Assembly: GCF_964188315.1 (NCBI RefSeq)
Contig: NC_135664.1
Coordinates: 47,554,001 to 47,618,000 of the forward strand
Reading direction: 5' to 3'
Source: Podarcis muralis
Taxonomy: Eukaryota
DNA: 64,000 nucleotides
The notes under the pieces: generated by a model
What the model was told of the DNA's origin: nothing
Seen by the model: the letters and a program-made list of their open reading frames with translations, nothing else
The model's database searches: none
Shown here: positions 1 through 12,292 of the stretch, piece by piece
Layout of the letters: each line of letters opens with the position of its first letter
Numbering within the stretch: position 1 is the stretch's first letter
Translations under genes and position numbers: made by a program

Positions 1-678
1 AAAACCGTGGCGGCTTTGCTCCTCCACTGGTCCTGCTGCTGTTTCACTACTCAGAGCCAAACCATTGGCCTTAGTGTTACATGCAAACCCAAGCTTGAGG
101 TTTTCCTCGCTCTCAACAAACGGTGAACTTATTGTAACCAAGATTTGCTCTTGGTTTACCATTCACAGTTTGTTTGGGGAAAACAAACAATTCACTAGCT
201 GCTAGAATTATGCTCAGTTCATTCATGGTTGAATTTTGCCATAACTGTACTGAGTCCACCCTGGGATTGTGAGAATAGTACACATCAGCAGTGCACAGTA
301 ACAAAGGGATCTCTGTGCCAGCCTCTCTGGGAAAGTGGTGCTCTTGAGCATATGGTTTGGAACAGATCATTCAAATTATGGTTTAATAGCAGACAAGCTA
401 AAACACATCCCTTCTTTAGCCCACATGTCATTTGAATGGGATATACTTATTCAAAACGCAGGTCAGAATTGTTTACTGAAAGCAAATAGTTACTACTAGG
501 CATATGTGGCCAACATGCAACACAGCATTAGCTGCATGCAGGAATAATCCAATGAGTTTATTTGTGTTATGAAAGAAAGGCTTTTAACACTTGAGATCTA
601 ATATACTAACTGTCCCATCCCACAAACACTATACTTCAAGCAATAGCTGTTTCTGCTGAAACCACTATAGCATCTTTA

Positions 679-852
<174 letters not shown>

Positions 853-1779
853 TTAAACATGCTGATATGGGGGAGAGGGCCAAAATCACTGGCACTAACT
901 AGTAGATGATTTTCTCTCAAATTGTTTATGAACTGTTTTTCAAAGAGTTCATAATTATGAGACTCAGCTTATACTCAAAAGATATGCAATGTAGTCCTTT
1001 GGGGGGCGGGTTATGACAGAGGAAATAAAAAAGGGTTGATATGACACCAAGGAGCCACAAAGTAGAAAGGGAAATTCAGAAAGCTTAGCAAAAGCAGTGT
1101 GAAGAAGACTGAAGTGTATATGTGTATGTATGTATATGTGTGTCTGTGTATAATATATATATGTGTATGTGTGTGTTCATTTTAAAAACACTGCCGATCA
1201 AACAAATTCTTAGTAACGTAAAAAATATTATGCTGCTTTGTGATGGCTTAAAACAAAAAATAAACTCAAGGTACTCCTATTTTATTCATGAGTTAGATCA
1301 CATGAAAAGCCACTCCACTTTTCCCTATGACTTCCATTTACCCACAACTGCAGAGGTCACACACAAAATGTAAAGCACAACAGCCCCAAATGTCTGAACT
1401 TATAAAATGGCCCATCATCACTTTTCATGGATACTCTGCTCTGAGATTTTGTCCCTTTTGAGCACATCACATGATGCCCATCCAGCAGGTTAACTAACAG
1501 CCATGCAGGTATCGCTGCCCATTCTTTTGTTTAAACATCGCCCTTATTGCACTTTAGGGTAGTAATACAAAACATAAAGGCTATCCCTTTACAGTACTTC
1601 ACCCACAGCACCTGTTTAACAATTGCAACTTTAACCTTTTTTTTTAAAGCAATGCCATAAAAAGATAAGCGAGGAGCTTGAACTTTGCACTTAGAAGGGC
1701 TGTATTAACACAGCACGAGGGTGTTGTTGTTGTTGTTGTTAAGGAAACTACAAACGGGGAAACAACAACTTCAGCTGAA

Positions 1780-3300
1780 ACCCTACCTACGCTTAAACCG
1801 GGAGTAAGCTTCGCGGAAATGAATGGAACTTATTTCTGAGCAGGCATTATTTACAGGGCTGGGCTGCGGGGCTGCAATCCTAAACGTGCCTAAACGTGGG
1901 GTAAGCCCCACTGAAAACGGAGGGCCTTACTTGCGAGTAAGCCTGTTTACGGCCCCCCCCCCTTCTCGTCCCCGTCTGAATCCACTCTCGCGTGCCACGT
2001 ACACCAGCCCGTACCCTTGAAGCTGCCGCCGTCGCCCCTTGGCGACACTCTCGCCCTCCTTGTGCCTCAGGACTCGCAGGGGGGTAGCCGCCTCAGGAGG
2101 GAGCGTCGGCAAGGGGCCCGGGGTACCCGCTCCGCGCTCCTTAAAGGGGGCTGGACGAAGTGCCCGGAAGGACAAGAGGAGGCACCGCCGCCAGACCGAA
2201 CGGAGAGAGAGGGAAGTGCCGGAGCTGCCTCCGGGCGCGTGAGGGGGACCGGAGGCGCCAGGTACCGGGGTCTGGGCTGGCGGGGCCCTGGGTCTCCGCT
2301 GCCCCCCGGCCGCCGGGCCTACCTTGCTGGTGAGGTCGAGCTCGGGCTCCCCATTCAGCACCTCGCCGTCCTCGCTGCAGTCCGAGTCCGCGACGCCGCG
2401 GTGGAACCTGGAAGAGGCCGCCACTGCCCCGCCGTGAGAGGCGGGCTCCGGGGCGAACATCGAGGCCGGCACCGGCGAGCCCCCCATCGGGGAGCGACTG
2501 CGCTCCGTCGCCATCTTGGCAGCCCCGGCCTCCTTCTCCGGCCTCATTAGCATAGGCCCCGCCCACCCCTCGCGTCGACCGAGCCGGAGGAGCCCGCCGA
2601 GCTCCGCCCCCCGAACGGGCCTGCTTAATAATTTAGTACCCTGTTGACCAATCGGGGAGCAGCACTGTTAATACATTAATTGCTGTATTGCTATGACAAC
2701 CCGCAGCTAGAGCTTATTAATATGGATGAGCCATATGCCTCCTTCGAATACCCTTTTTGCGGTTCCTCTGGTTCAGAAAATAAAAGCAGTAGCAGCAGCG
2801 CTACCGGGATTTTTATTTATCTCTATTCTGGAAACTCCGGGTGGGAGCGGGGCGGTGTTATCTTTCTACCTGCTCGCGGCCAATGGGAAGGAAGAATGCA
2901 TGATAAACAAAGTTCCTCGCCAATCGTGGCAAATATTTAAGTAATAGGCGGGAGTGGAGCCTCCGCCAATCAGAGAGCAAGATTACGGCCGAGGTGAGTA
3001 GGTGAGAAAAGAAGGCGGGAATTTGATCGTGGCGGCCAATAAGAAGGAGTGTACATATGCCAAAGCCAATCAAATACCCCAACCCATTTTGTGATTGAAT
3101 GGGGGATTGCCTCTATTTACTTCTGTCTCTGAGACAGATTGTCTCGCCCGGGATAATCCCTGGCAAAAGCTGATGAAACGGGGTTGAAATAAATCGCTTT
3201 GAGCGGTGATAATCTTATGCAATCGAGCAATCATACTTGCGTTCCGTGACTTTCGCCCAAGGCCAATAACGTTTTATTTCCTTGTTTTTCAGCCTCATTT
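1780..3300. promoter_or_regulatory. GTPBP1 CpG island / promoter with CCAAT boxes
   Basis: GC- and CpG-rich by eye around exon 1; CCAAT at 2648, 2880, 2920, 2966, 3036, 3066 and 3263; GGCGGGA E2F-like words near 2947 and 3014. Boundaries approximate. Confidence 0.8.
2323..2514 (-). CDS. GTPBP1: GTP-binding protein 1, coding exon 1
   Basis: [24 protein letters not shown]...[22 protein letters not shown] (64 codons), good Kozak context (gccaagATGG), donor AAG|gtaggc, inside a CpG island. Confidence 0.96.
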
Positions 3301-5571
3301 TGAGAGCGAGGAGGTGGCACTGAAACGTGTCTGGACTAATCTCCAAATGCTCAAAGGCTTCGTGTAAACTCAGCCCAAGCGCTTTTGTTTTGGCACTGGT
3401 ATTCCTGGTTTCGCATTTCTTATCCATTAGGAATACAAACTGAACGGCCCCCACGGACTTCAGTGTTTTGAGAAGCCAGCAGACAAGCAATAATAATAAT
3501 GCTACTGCTATTGTTATTACCTGTTCTTCAGCAGCAGGTCCCAGGCCAGGTTAGGACAATCTAAAGTTCAAATTTAAAAATCACTTAAAATACATGACAT
3601 TTGTAGAAAAAATGTGTGCCTTTCTTAAAACACATCTTAGAAGGCTGACCTGTACAAGCACTCAAAGACTAAATTTCTTTTGAGGGTTTTTTTTTATCTA
3701 GTTATTTTAAGTTTCTTTAGATGGACAAATATTTTATATTGGTGTTCCATCTAGTCTGCACCTTTAGGAAAAGTAAGAAAGCTTTTTGGTATTTTAAAGA
3801 TTAACATGTTTTGTAGCATAAGCTTTCCTGGGCCTGTAGGATGTGCCGATATGCAAGGTGGAAGAATCACCTATCTTCTCAAAATACAAAATTCTTCCAC
3901 ACAAAAATTCCCATACTATGTAGACATGTATATATCTGGAATACATAAGGAAGAGAGGGAAATGCTGTATCTTTGTAGCGTGGAGTCACAATATTTCAAG
4001 CACTGCAAGAGACCTGTGTGTTACTGTACTATTCAGCACTCAATAATGAAATTCAATCCAGTCAGTTGTCGAAATCTGACAATTAGTGGCCAGTTCTTAA
4101 TAAAAAGAGCAAGGTAAAATTAATGATATTGAGAATAATAGGGTTTTTCTTCTCACGGATGACATGAGGAAATACAATAAATCACAGGTCAAAGTGGTGA
4201 CTGCTCAGTTGCATAAGATTACAACAGTTGAGAATTATTGTGTTTCAGACTTGTGTAATAAGCATTGTCTAAGGATTGACCCAGACCCAGACTTTTAAAT
4301 CTCAGTGTGAGAGAATAGAGGAAATCCCCATTCATTTATACAGTACACACAATATAAAGCTATAGGGAGCTGAGGGCCACTTATTTCCATGGGTGAAAAA
4401 AATCTCAGAAAATATTAAAAGTATTGATGAAGACTTGGATTTTCATGACATTTGGAATGGCTGAATTTATCAGCTTTTAGCCTACCTGTACTCTGTCTCT
4501 TGTATAATATTAATTTGGTTGATGAGTTATCCTGTAGAATGATGATTGAATTGCCTATGTTAGCTGTTGAATTTGTTCCCATTTTGCATTGGTAAGGACA
4601 GATGTGGCTGACAGATGGAAGTGGAAAGATATTGGCCAGGCAACAGATAGCCCTGTCGTTTTATATGCTGTTTAACATTATAGTGGAATGATCTGGAGTC
4701 TCAAGACTGTGCTGCCATCAATATGTTGACAACATGCAACTTTAATTCTTTGTTACAGCTAAAGCAGGTGTGAGGTGGATGTGCTGGATCAGTGCCTGGT
4801 TTTCGTAATGGACTGGGTGAGAGCCAACAAACTGGAGCTCAGTCAGCGTAACACTGTGACCCCGTTATTGGGTGGTTTGTCTCTCTGAATGAGGTTACAC
4901 TTCCCTTGATGTGTCGCTTGAAGAAACAAGTGTGCTGTTGGGTACACTTGGATTCAATCCAGTCATTTGGCACAAGGAGCCTCAGTATGGCACAGAGTGC
5001 CTTCTACCAGCTTTGGCTGGTAGCCCAGGTACAACCCTGTCTGGATAGGGATAGCCTGACCTTGCTTGCCTATTTTCTAGTAATCTCCAGTTTAAACTTT
5101 GAAGACTGTTTGGAAACTACAGCTAATACAGAATGTAGCTATTAAATTGTTAACTGGAACAAGAAGGCGTTAATACAAAGCATGGGACATGGCCAGTACA
5201 ATTTGGCTGCCAGTTTGTTTCTGTACCCAGTTCAAAGTGCTGTTTTGACCTTGAAAATATATTTACCTAAAAGACTGTCTTCATATGAATCTGTCCAGAA
5301 CCAAAGATGGTTATCTGTAGTCCTCCTTTGTGTGCCCCCTCTGAGGGGTAAGGAGGGTGGCAAAGAGAGAAAAACCATTTATAGTCACCTCATTCATAGA
5401 ATGCTGTCAACAGGGTGCCAACCATGTCATTTTAGCACCAGGCAAATATGTATTTTCATGGGCATTTGGGCAACATATTAATACTAAATCTGTTTTTGAT
5501 ATATATATTTTTGTTTTGTTTTTTACAGTACTTAGCTGTAAATCATTTTGACACATTTATTTTAGTAGATA

Positions 5572-5913
5572 AAGTAAAGGTAAAGGGACCCCTGACTGTT
5601 AGGTCCAGTCGTGACCGACTCTGGGGTTGCGGCACTCATCTCGCTTTATTGGCCGAGGGAGCCGGCGTACAGCTTCCGGGTCATGTGGCCAGCAGGACTA
5701 AGCCACTTCTAGCGAACCAGAGCAGCACACGGAAACGCCGTTTACCTTCCCACTATTTATCTACTTGCACTTTGACGTGCTTTCAAACTGCTAGGTTGGC
5801 AGGAGCAGGGACCGAACAACGGGAGCTCACCCCGTTGCGGGGATTCGAACCGCCGACCTTCTGATTGGCAAGTCCTAGGCTCTGTGGTTTAACCCACTGC
5901 GCCACCCACGTCC
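5572..5913 (-). mobile_element. Sauria SINE, older subfamily
   Basis: tRNA-like head with B-box GGTTCGAATCCC on the minus strand, ACCTTT tail, 13-bp TSD attttagtagata (5559-5571 and 5915-5927). Confidence 0.9.
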
Positions 5914-6536
5914 GATTTTAGTAGATAGTGATACATAAATTCAGCATATGTAACCTAACCTATATAAGCTTGCCTTCTTTATGGTCCTTAAATCTTAAAG
6001 ACAGCCCATATAGTTGAGGAAGTATGTGGGTCTTCCCCAACTGGGCGTCCCCCATGTGATGTTGGACTAACATGCTAATCAGTCCTAGCCATAGGAGCCA
6101 ACTCCTAGGGGCCCTTGGGGTCTTCAGCCTCCCAATAAAATATTTGAGGGGGCTGCCCCCCCCCAGTTGATGGGCATTGTCATTCAAATGGTGTACATGC
6201 ACCATGTCGTGTGGTCAATTACGTGCGGTGGGACTGCACCAAGAGGCGGGAGGCTAACATTGGTTACTGGCTCCCAGTTCTGATTTGAAATACTGCACAA
6301 TCGCATCAACAGACTGAATACATAACTCTCGTTTATAAATAAAATCAAGGCTACTTCAGCTTCATCCCTGAGAAAAGGTCCATTCAGCAGCGCAGAGGCT
6401 CCCAAACTGTGGTCCTGCGTTGTGGGGGGGGGGGTGGAGAAATATTTTGGGAATCACTGCAGTCGGGTAGGGAAGGTTCTTTGCTGCTCCAGCACAAACG
6501 AGCAGCGGCTGTCATGCATGCAAGCTGCCTGAAATA

Positions 6537-6590
6537 CAGTGGTACCTCGGTTTAAGAACAACTCTGTTTACGAACTATTCAGTATACGAT
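6537..6590. mobile_element. Single end of a Tc1/mariner-type (Tigger-like) MITE
   Basis: TA followed by CAGTGGTACCTCGG, the same terminus as the complete copies at 38386 and 43086; no partner end found. Confidence 0.5.
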
Positions 6591-6739
6591 GTATGCACCG
6601 ATTGGAATGTTTACCAATGTCAGGCACCCGAACGGAGCGGGTGAGGCGAGGTGATTTAAAACCATGACTCTCTGACTCAAAGGCAGGCATATCGTTAATT
6701 ATATTTTCATCCCACCCGCCACGCGGCTTAGGAATGCCT

Positions 6740-7720
6740 ACACCCGCCTTTTATGCCCTTAACAACACCCCTGTGAGGTGGATCGGGGCTCAGAGGACGC
6801 CTGGCAGAGAATACCGTCCGCGCCGGGCTTCATAGGCATGAGGAGGAATTGTGAACACGCGGTCCTCCTCCTGGCGCGTCATGCCCAACCCTCAGCCCCA
6901 CAACTCCGCACTGCCTATAATAAGGCACAGCTCAAGCCGCACGCACAGCCGAGGGTTAAGATTTCAGAAGAGATTGTCTCCGGCGCCGTCTGAAAGGGAG
7001 GAGGGAGAGAGCGCGAGGGCCGCCTTCTCTGACGTCACGCGGAACCCTGCTCCATAGGCCCGCGCCGGGGGCGGGCTCAGCGCGCTCACACACACGCGCG
7101 CGCGCGCGCGCGACGGGGAAGGGCTCTGTTATGGTTGCGCATGCGCTGGCTCCTGGGTGGTTGTTGGGCTTCAGCAGGTTGGGGCCGCTAACGGGTGAGT
7201 AGCAGCGTGACGGGGGGACGGGGCGAGGGGTCGCGAAGGGAGAGAGGCGTTCCGTGCCCTCCCACCCCCCCAAAAAACAAGAATGCGGGAGGGCCTGTGG
7301 GGTTGCCCCCCCCCCACTTGAGTAGAGCTCTTTTCTCCCACACGTCACCCTGGACAGTCCCTTCTTCTTCCTCTCCCCTCAAAAGACTCTCCGGTTCCCC
7401 CTTCTCCCGAGTTGGCGAGTTCAACGCCTCCCCCCCCCTCCGCGCCCCACAGTCCAGAGAAGCAGCTGCCCCCCCTCCCCGAGCGGGCACAGGGGCCTCC
7501 TGACTGCATGACTGCGGTTCCCCAGGACAGGCCAGAATTGCTGTGATTGCAAGCACAAACTCCCGTTCCCTACTCTCCCCCCCCCCCCACTCGCAGTTCC
7601 TGCCCGCGCTTCTCCTGCCCGCATTTAACGGCGGGATATTGGCACCCTCCGCGACGCCGAGGAGGGCTGGGGGGTGCTTGAGAGGCAAAGGAAAACCCTT
7701 CTTTCCGGATGTGGGGAACC
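6740..7720 (+). promoter_or_regulatory. JOSD1 CpG-island promoter and non-coding exon 1 (donor at 7195)
   Basis: CpG-rich; palindromic CRE TGACGTCA at 7030-7037; NRF1-like TGCGCATGCGC at 7136-7146; strong donor CGG|GTGAGT at 7194/7195. TSS not determinable. Confidence 0.75.
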
Positions 7721-7760
7721 CCGGATCTCATAAGGCAGGCCTTTCTTGCACCTCCGTGGC

Positions 7761-7800
7761 TTTTTTTTTTTGTTTTGTTTTGTTTTGTTTTGTTTTGTTT
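7761..7800. repeat. T11 plus (TTTTG)n simple repeat
   Basis: Read directly from the sequence. Confidence 0.9.
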
Positions 7801-8565
7801 ATGCAGAGCAGTTCTGGAAACCCTTTTCTGGAGTGCTGTTTTAAAAAGTCTGTAACCGGGCAGTGATAATTCTGTGCTTCATTGGATCTCTTCTTTTCTC
7901 CCATCAGGAACACAAGAAGCCTTGGGCAAGGAATTTTGTACCTGGCGAAGTTGGAGGACCCCCACCTGGAAGAAACAGTCTGTTTCCCTGTCTCTCTGCA
8001 TCTGTGTTTTGGGGACGCAGCCTCTCTGACAAGATTGCAAAAATGCAGTTGATGCCTCTCTGGGGGCCCTGTATTCCTTCTGGACAGCACCAACTTGGCC
8101 TTGCTTAATTACATGATATTTGTCTTCCCCCACACCTTTTTTTGTTATTGTTGTTAGATTGAGCATATTTTAAAAGTTAGGCTGTGGATCTTTGTCTTGG
8201 AGGCATCATTGACCAAAGGAAATGGAGGAAAAAGAGCGATGTGATACATTCTATCTGACACTCTGATGTTAAGGCCATATAAAACATTTTCCAAGGGGAG
8301 GCCGAGAAAAAGATGCAAATATACTAAGGACGGTTCCTTGCAGGCTAAAGGAGGTGGGAGGGTGGGAGAAAAATGATTAAAATCTTTAAGTTATTTCTGC
8401 AGCTATCCAGTGAAGACAACTATTAAAGTAACAGCAGGTGTTCCACTTGTGTGGGCTGGAGTTGTCTAGAAACGAAAGGCTGCTTGCTCTGCTTTTTGTG
8501 TGGTGGGGAGAAACTTCATAAACTTTGTCATCTCATATCTTCACGCCCTACACTACAAAAAAAAA

Positions 8566-8750
8566 ATGAGTTGTGTGCCATGGAAAGGTGACAAAATAAA
8601 ATCAGAATCATCTGAAACACCACAGCCGATGCCAGTGCGTATTTATCATGAAAAACAGCGCAGGGAGTTATGTGCTCTCCATGCCCTCAATAATGTCTTC
8701 CAGGATGGCAATGCCTTTACCCGAGACACATTACAGGAGATTTTTCAAAG
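8566..8750 (+). CDS. JOSD1: Josephin domain-containing deubiquitinase 1, coding exon 1
   Basis: [10 protein letters not shown]...[21 protein letters not shown]..., catalytic Cys36; donor AAG|gtaaga; 185 nt. Likely exon acceptor at 7907/7908. Confidence 0.97.
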
Positions 8751-10839
8751 GTAAGAAGAACTTGGTTTGCCAGCATTATGTTAAAGGGGGGGATGTTGTT
8801 TTCTGTACACACATTCACTTCTTTAGTTGTATTTAGTGTCTCAGAAACTCTGGATGAGGAAAAGAAGAGTTTCCAGAATTTTAACACTGATTCTGAATGG
8901 TTTCTTGTTTCATCAATCGCCACACATTTTACTAAGGAGACTAAGTTTGCCTTTTTGTCCAGGGTTCTGCCTCTCTGTACCAGCTTTTGAAGCAGAAACA
9001 AAATCCTCTTAGAGCTGCGCTTTGCATAGGTTTTTTAATGTGTAATTAAAAAGACACACAGGCAAAATGTAGCCAGGGGATCTCATGAGAACACTTATTT
9101 CCTGATGTTAAATACAATTCTTGCTGTCCTGGGTATGGTGGACCATCATCCCTCAGGCTACATCTGCCAGTCTATCATCATATCTCTCTGCTCTCTGGGA
9201 ACCAGTGTCTTCTACAAGTCCTCCTGCTCCTTAACTCTTCCATGCACCATACCATTCAACTACCCAAGTTGCTTCTGCTGCATCTTCTTTTGTTATCCAA
9301 CTAAACAGTAGCTGATATGGTCCCATTATTATATCACGTGTGTTAGTAACTAGCGTGAAAACAGTGCTTGGAACTGAAAAAAAAGGTGGTAGTCCTTGCG
9401 TGTATGCTTGATCCTTTATTTACTACAAATGTTTTGAGAAATGTGCTACTCAGCCATTTGCAAACTGGAATTCTCCCAATCTCTCTTTATGGATAGTCTT
9501 GTGCACCCTTAATAATGAGTAAATATAACGGAGGGGATTACTCTTTTGAGTAAAAATGCCTAAGATCATGCATATATTTTAAAGCTGGTATGAAGTTTTT
9601 GTTGAAAATTAAAATAGGTAATATAGTCAAGGCAATAGTTCCTGTGTTGTTTATGTAGTGTTTTCTTGTTCTTCTGGGAGTTCTCCATATTCCTTGAGAC
9701 TCTTGGGAGGCATAATTTAAGACACGGTACATTTAAGTGGATTCCCTTGAGTTTCTATCTTGAACTTATTGGAACTGAAAAGTGAAGTTTGTGTAAATGT
9801 TCAGGAACATTTAGAAAAGTTCTTAACGTCTAGGTTCCTGACGAAGGATTCCGTGGCTTAGGTCTTTACAAATGTAATTGTTGAAGGATTATGGCTGTAA
9901 TTAACGAACCCACAAAACTTGCCTATCGCACACCAGAGCAAAGTGGCCCTATGCAGTCCTAATTTGTTAAATACATATTTGCCTGCTTTCTTTACTGTCT
10001 TAGATCATAGACTGTTGTATTGGTTACCATGAGCATGTGAAATGGATCAAAGCAGATCTTCCTTGCCTATTTAAAAAGTGGCACTGTCTGTTGTTAACCT
10101 TTAGGGGAAAGGACAAGGTGCCCTTCGTTCCTCCAGAGCAATTATGGATGAACAAATGTCATTTGGCTGTGGAGAGATCATTTCATGGTAAATGTCTGAG
10201 GATTGCTCATTTCCAGATGCCAGTCATAATTACAGATTGAGCTTGTTGGGATACCACACATAGCTTGTTCATGTGATTGAAACCAGCATGACCTACTTGG
10301 CTTTGTTCAGATAATAGTTGATGTTTGAATCTTACAGGAGTGTCATGCTCTTTCAACACAGAGAGGTATCTGCCACTGTAAAATCAAGAATTTTACCAGT
10401 TTTTCAAAAGTGTAGAAATCATTGTACTGTAATTCTTCTGTTTTGGATGAAGTCTCTATCAGGATCCAGTCAGGTTTAGTGTTGTGAAAGTTTATTCTTC
10501 TCACTCTTTGAAACTTTGCTGTCTTTTATTGTAGGTTCTATAATGGTTCATTGTAATCTTCTATATGTTAGCAATGACTTTCATTTTCTTTTTTGAGGGA
10601 TATAAATCCGGTGACAGAAAAACAATAGGTTTACTTTGAGAACACTTAATGCACTTCCCCACTCCCTGTCCATCCCAGCACCTATCTCCTCCTACAAATG
10701 CACAGACAGAGTAGTGGACTTAATTTATTAACCTTTTTGTCCATCCTCAGTTATTTTTCCCCAAATGGTCAGCCTTGCTTCGTCATCCGCTTGGGACCAA
10801 TGCTATCTTCATGTTTCTACAATGTGTTTTCATGTTCAG

Positions 10840-10968
10840 GTTGTCTCCCAACACCATGGTGACACCCCACAAGAAAAGCATGCTGGGAAACGGGAACTAT
10901 GATGTGAACGTCATCATGGCAGCTCTTCAGACCAAAGGTTATGAAGCAGTTTGGTGGGATAAGCGCAG
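10840..10968 (+). CDS. JOSD1: JOSD1 coding exon 2
   Basis: ttcag|G...CAG|gtaaag, 129 nt, [42 protein letters not shown]. Confidence 0.97.
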
Positions 10969-11088
10969 GTAAAGAGAACCAGACTGTCAAGAGAGACTTG
11001 CCATCATTGGAACTGGCTTCTTCCTAGTTGGGTTTATAAATAACTGTAAGAGCTTAACAGTTTCTTTCTTCTATTATTCTCCGTTCAG

Positions 11089-11283
11089 GGATGTCAGTGT
11101 AATTGCCCTCTCCAATGTGATGGGCTTCATTATGAATCTGCCATCAAGCCTCTGCTGGGGTCCATTGAAACTTCCTCTTAAACGACAACATTGGATCTGT
11201 GTCCGGGAAGTGGGAGGTATCTACTATAACCTTGACTCTAAACTCAAGGTGCCTGAATCCATTGGAGGTGAAAGTGAGCTCAG
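11089..11283 (+). CDS. JOSD1: JOSD1 coding exon 3
   Basis: ttcag|G...CAG|gtaggt, 195 nt, [53 protein letters not shown]..., containing the catalytic His and Asp motifs. Confidence 0.97.
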
Positions 11284-11367
11284 GTAGGTTTTCTTCCATC
11301 CTAGCCAGTATAACCTAGGTGCCCATCCTCTGAACATTGTGAATTGAAGTGCATAATCCGTAGTGTA

Positions 11368-11620
11368 CAGTGGTGCCTCGCAAGACGAAATTAATCCGTT
11401 CCGTGAGTCTCTTCGTCTTGCGGTTTTTTCGTCTTGCGAAGCACGGCTATTAGCGGCTTAGCGGCTATTAGCGGCTTGGCGGCTTTAAGAAAAAGGAAAC
11501 AAACTCACAAGACGTTTCATCTTGCGAAGCAAGCCCATAGGGAAATTCGTCTTGCGGAACGACTCAAAAAACGGAAAACCCTTTCGTCTAGCGAGTTTTT
11601 CGTCTTGCGGGGCACCACTG
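11368..11620. mobile_element. Tc1/mariner-type (Tigger-like) MITE
   Basis: 23-bp TIRs cagtggtgcctcgcaagacgaaa (one mismatch), TA on both sides, short internal tandem of (ct)attagcggctt. Confidence 0.88.
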
Positions 11621-12192
11621 TAGATTGGTTTTAATCTCCCAGAGATGAAGGGAGTAAAGTGTACCAACAATGGTGAAGAATGGGGAAAAAAAGCCTAGAC
11701 TTTGTCCTTATCCTTCACTTAGAATTAGCGCAGATTCAAAAGTAGGCATTTGACGTTATTTAGTAATAGGAACCCATTTTCAGGGCAAGGGCAACATTAC
11801 CCTGGTGGAAAGTTGTTGGGGGCTGCATTCGACTGGCAGGTGCAACCAGAAGCATACACACACACACTCATTTTTTTCTCTTTTTAGTTTATTTAATACT
11901 TAATTCATAGTAAGGCTCAAGGCTCACCTTCCATTTTCTTCATAGACTTTTAAAACAAAGTTTGTTAAAGGGTGTTACTGTCTTTTGAACAGTAAGATTT
12001 TTTTAAAAAAAGTTCTAAGATCTCTGCAGTTCCAGCTGAAGAAAACCAATAAGATGAAATCATGGCTGACCTGCAAGTTCTTAAAGCTATTCAAATGTCA
12101 GAATGTAGGTGCTTACCAAAAATTACACTCAACAAAAAGATTGCATTTGAACTGTGCTTTATTTTTCCCCTACCCACCTTTAACTGCTCCAG

Positions 12193-12292
12193 GAAGTTTT
12201 TGAGACACCAGCTGCGAGGAAAGAACTGTGAACTTCTTCTAGTGGTGCCTGAAGAGGTGGAAGCACATCAGAGTTGGAAAGCGGATGCATGA
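12193..12292 (+). CDS. JOSD1: JOSD1 terminal coding exon
   Basis: ctccag|G...[35 protein letters not shown]; exons sum to 185+129+195+100=609 nt = 202 aa plus stop. Confidence 0.97.

Noticed and set aside
1927-2566. Several long overlapping ORFs (141-208 aa) on both strands at GTPBP1 exon 1
   Set aside because: GC-rich island with few stop codons; only 2323-2514 is homologous, and the rest is intron read-through or antisense.
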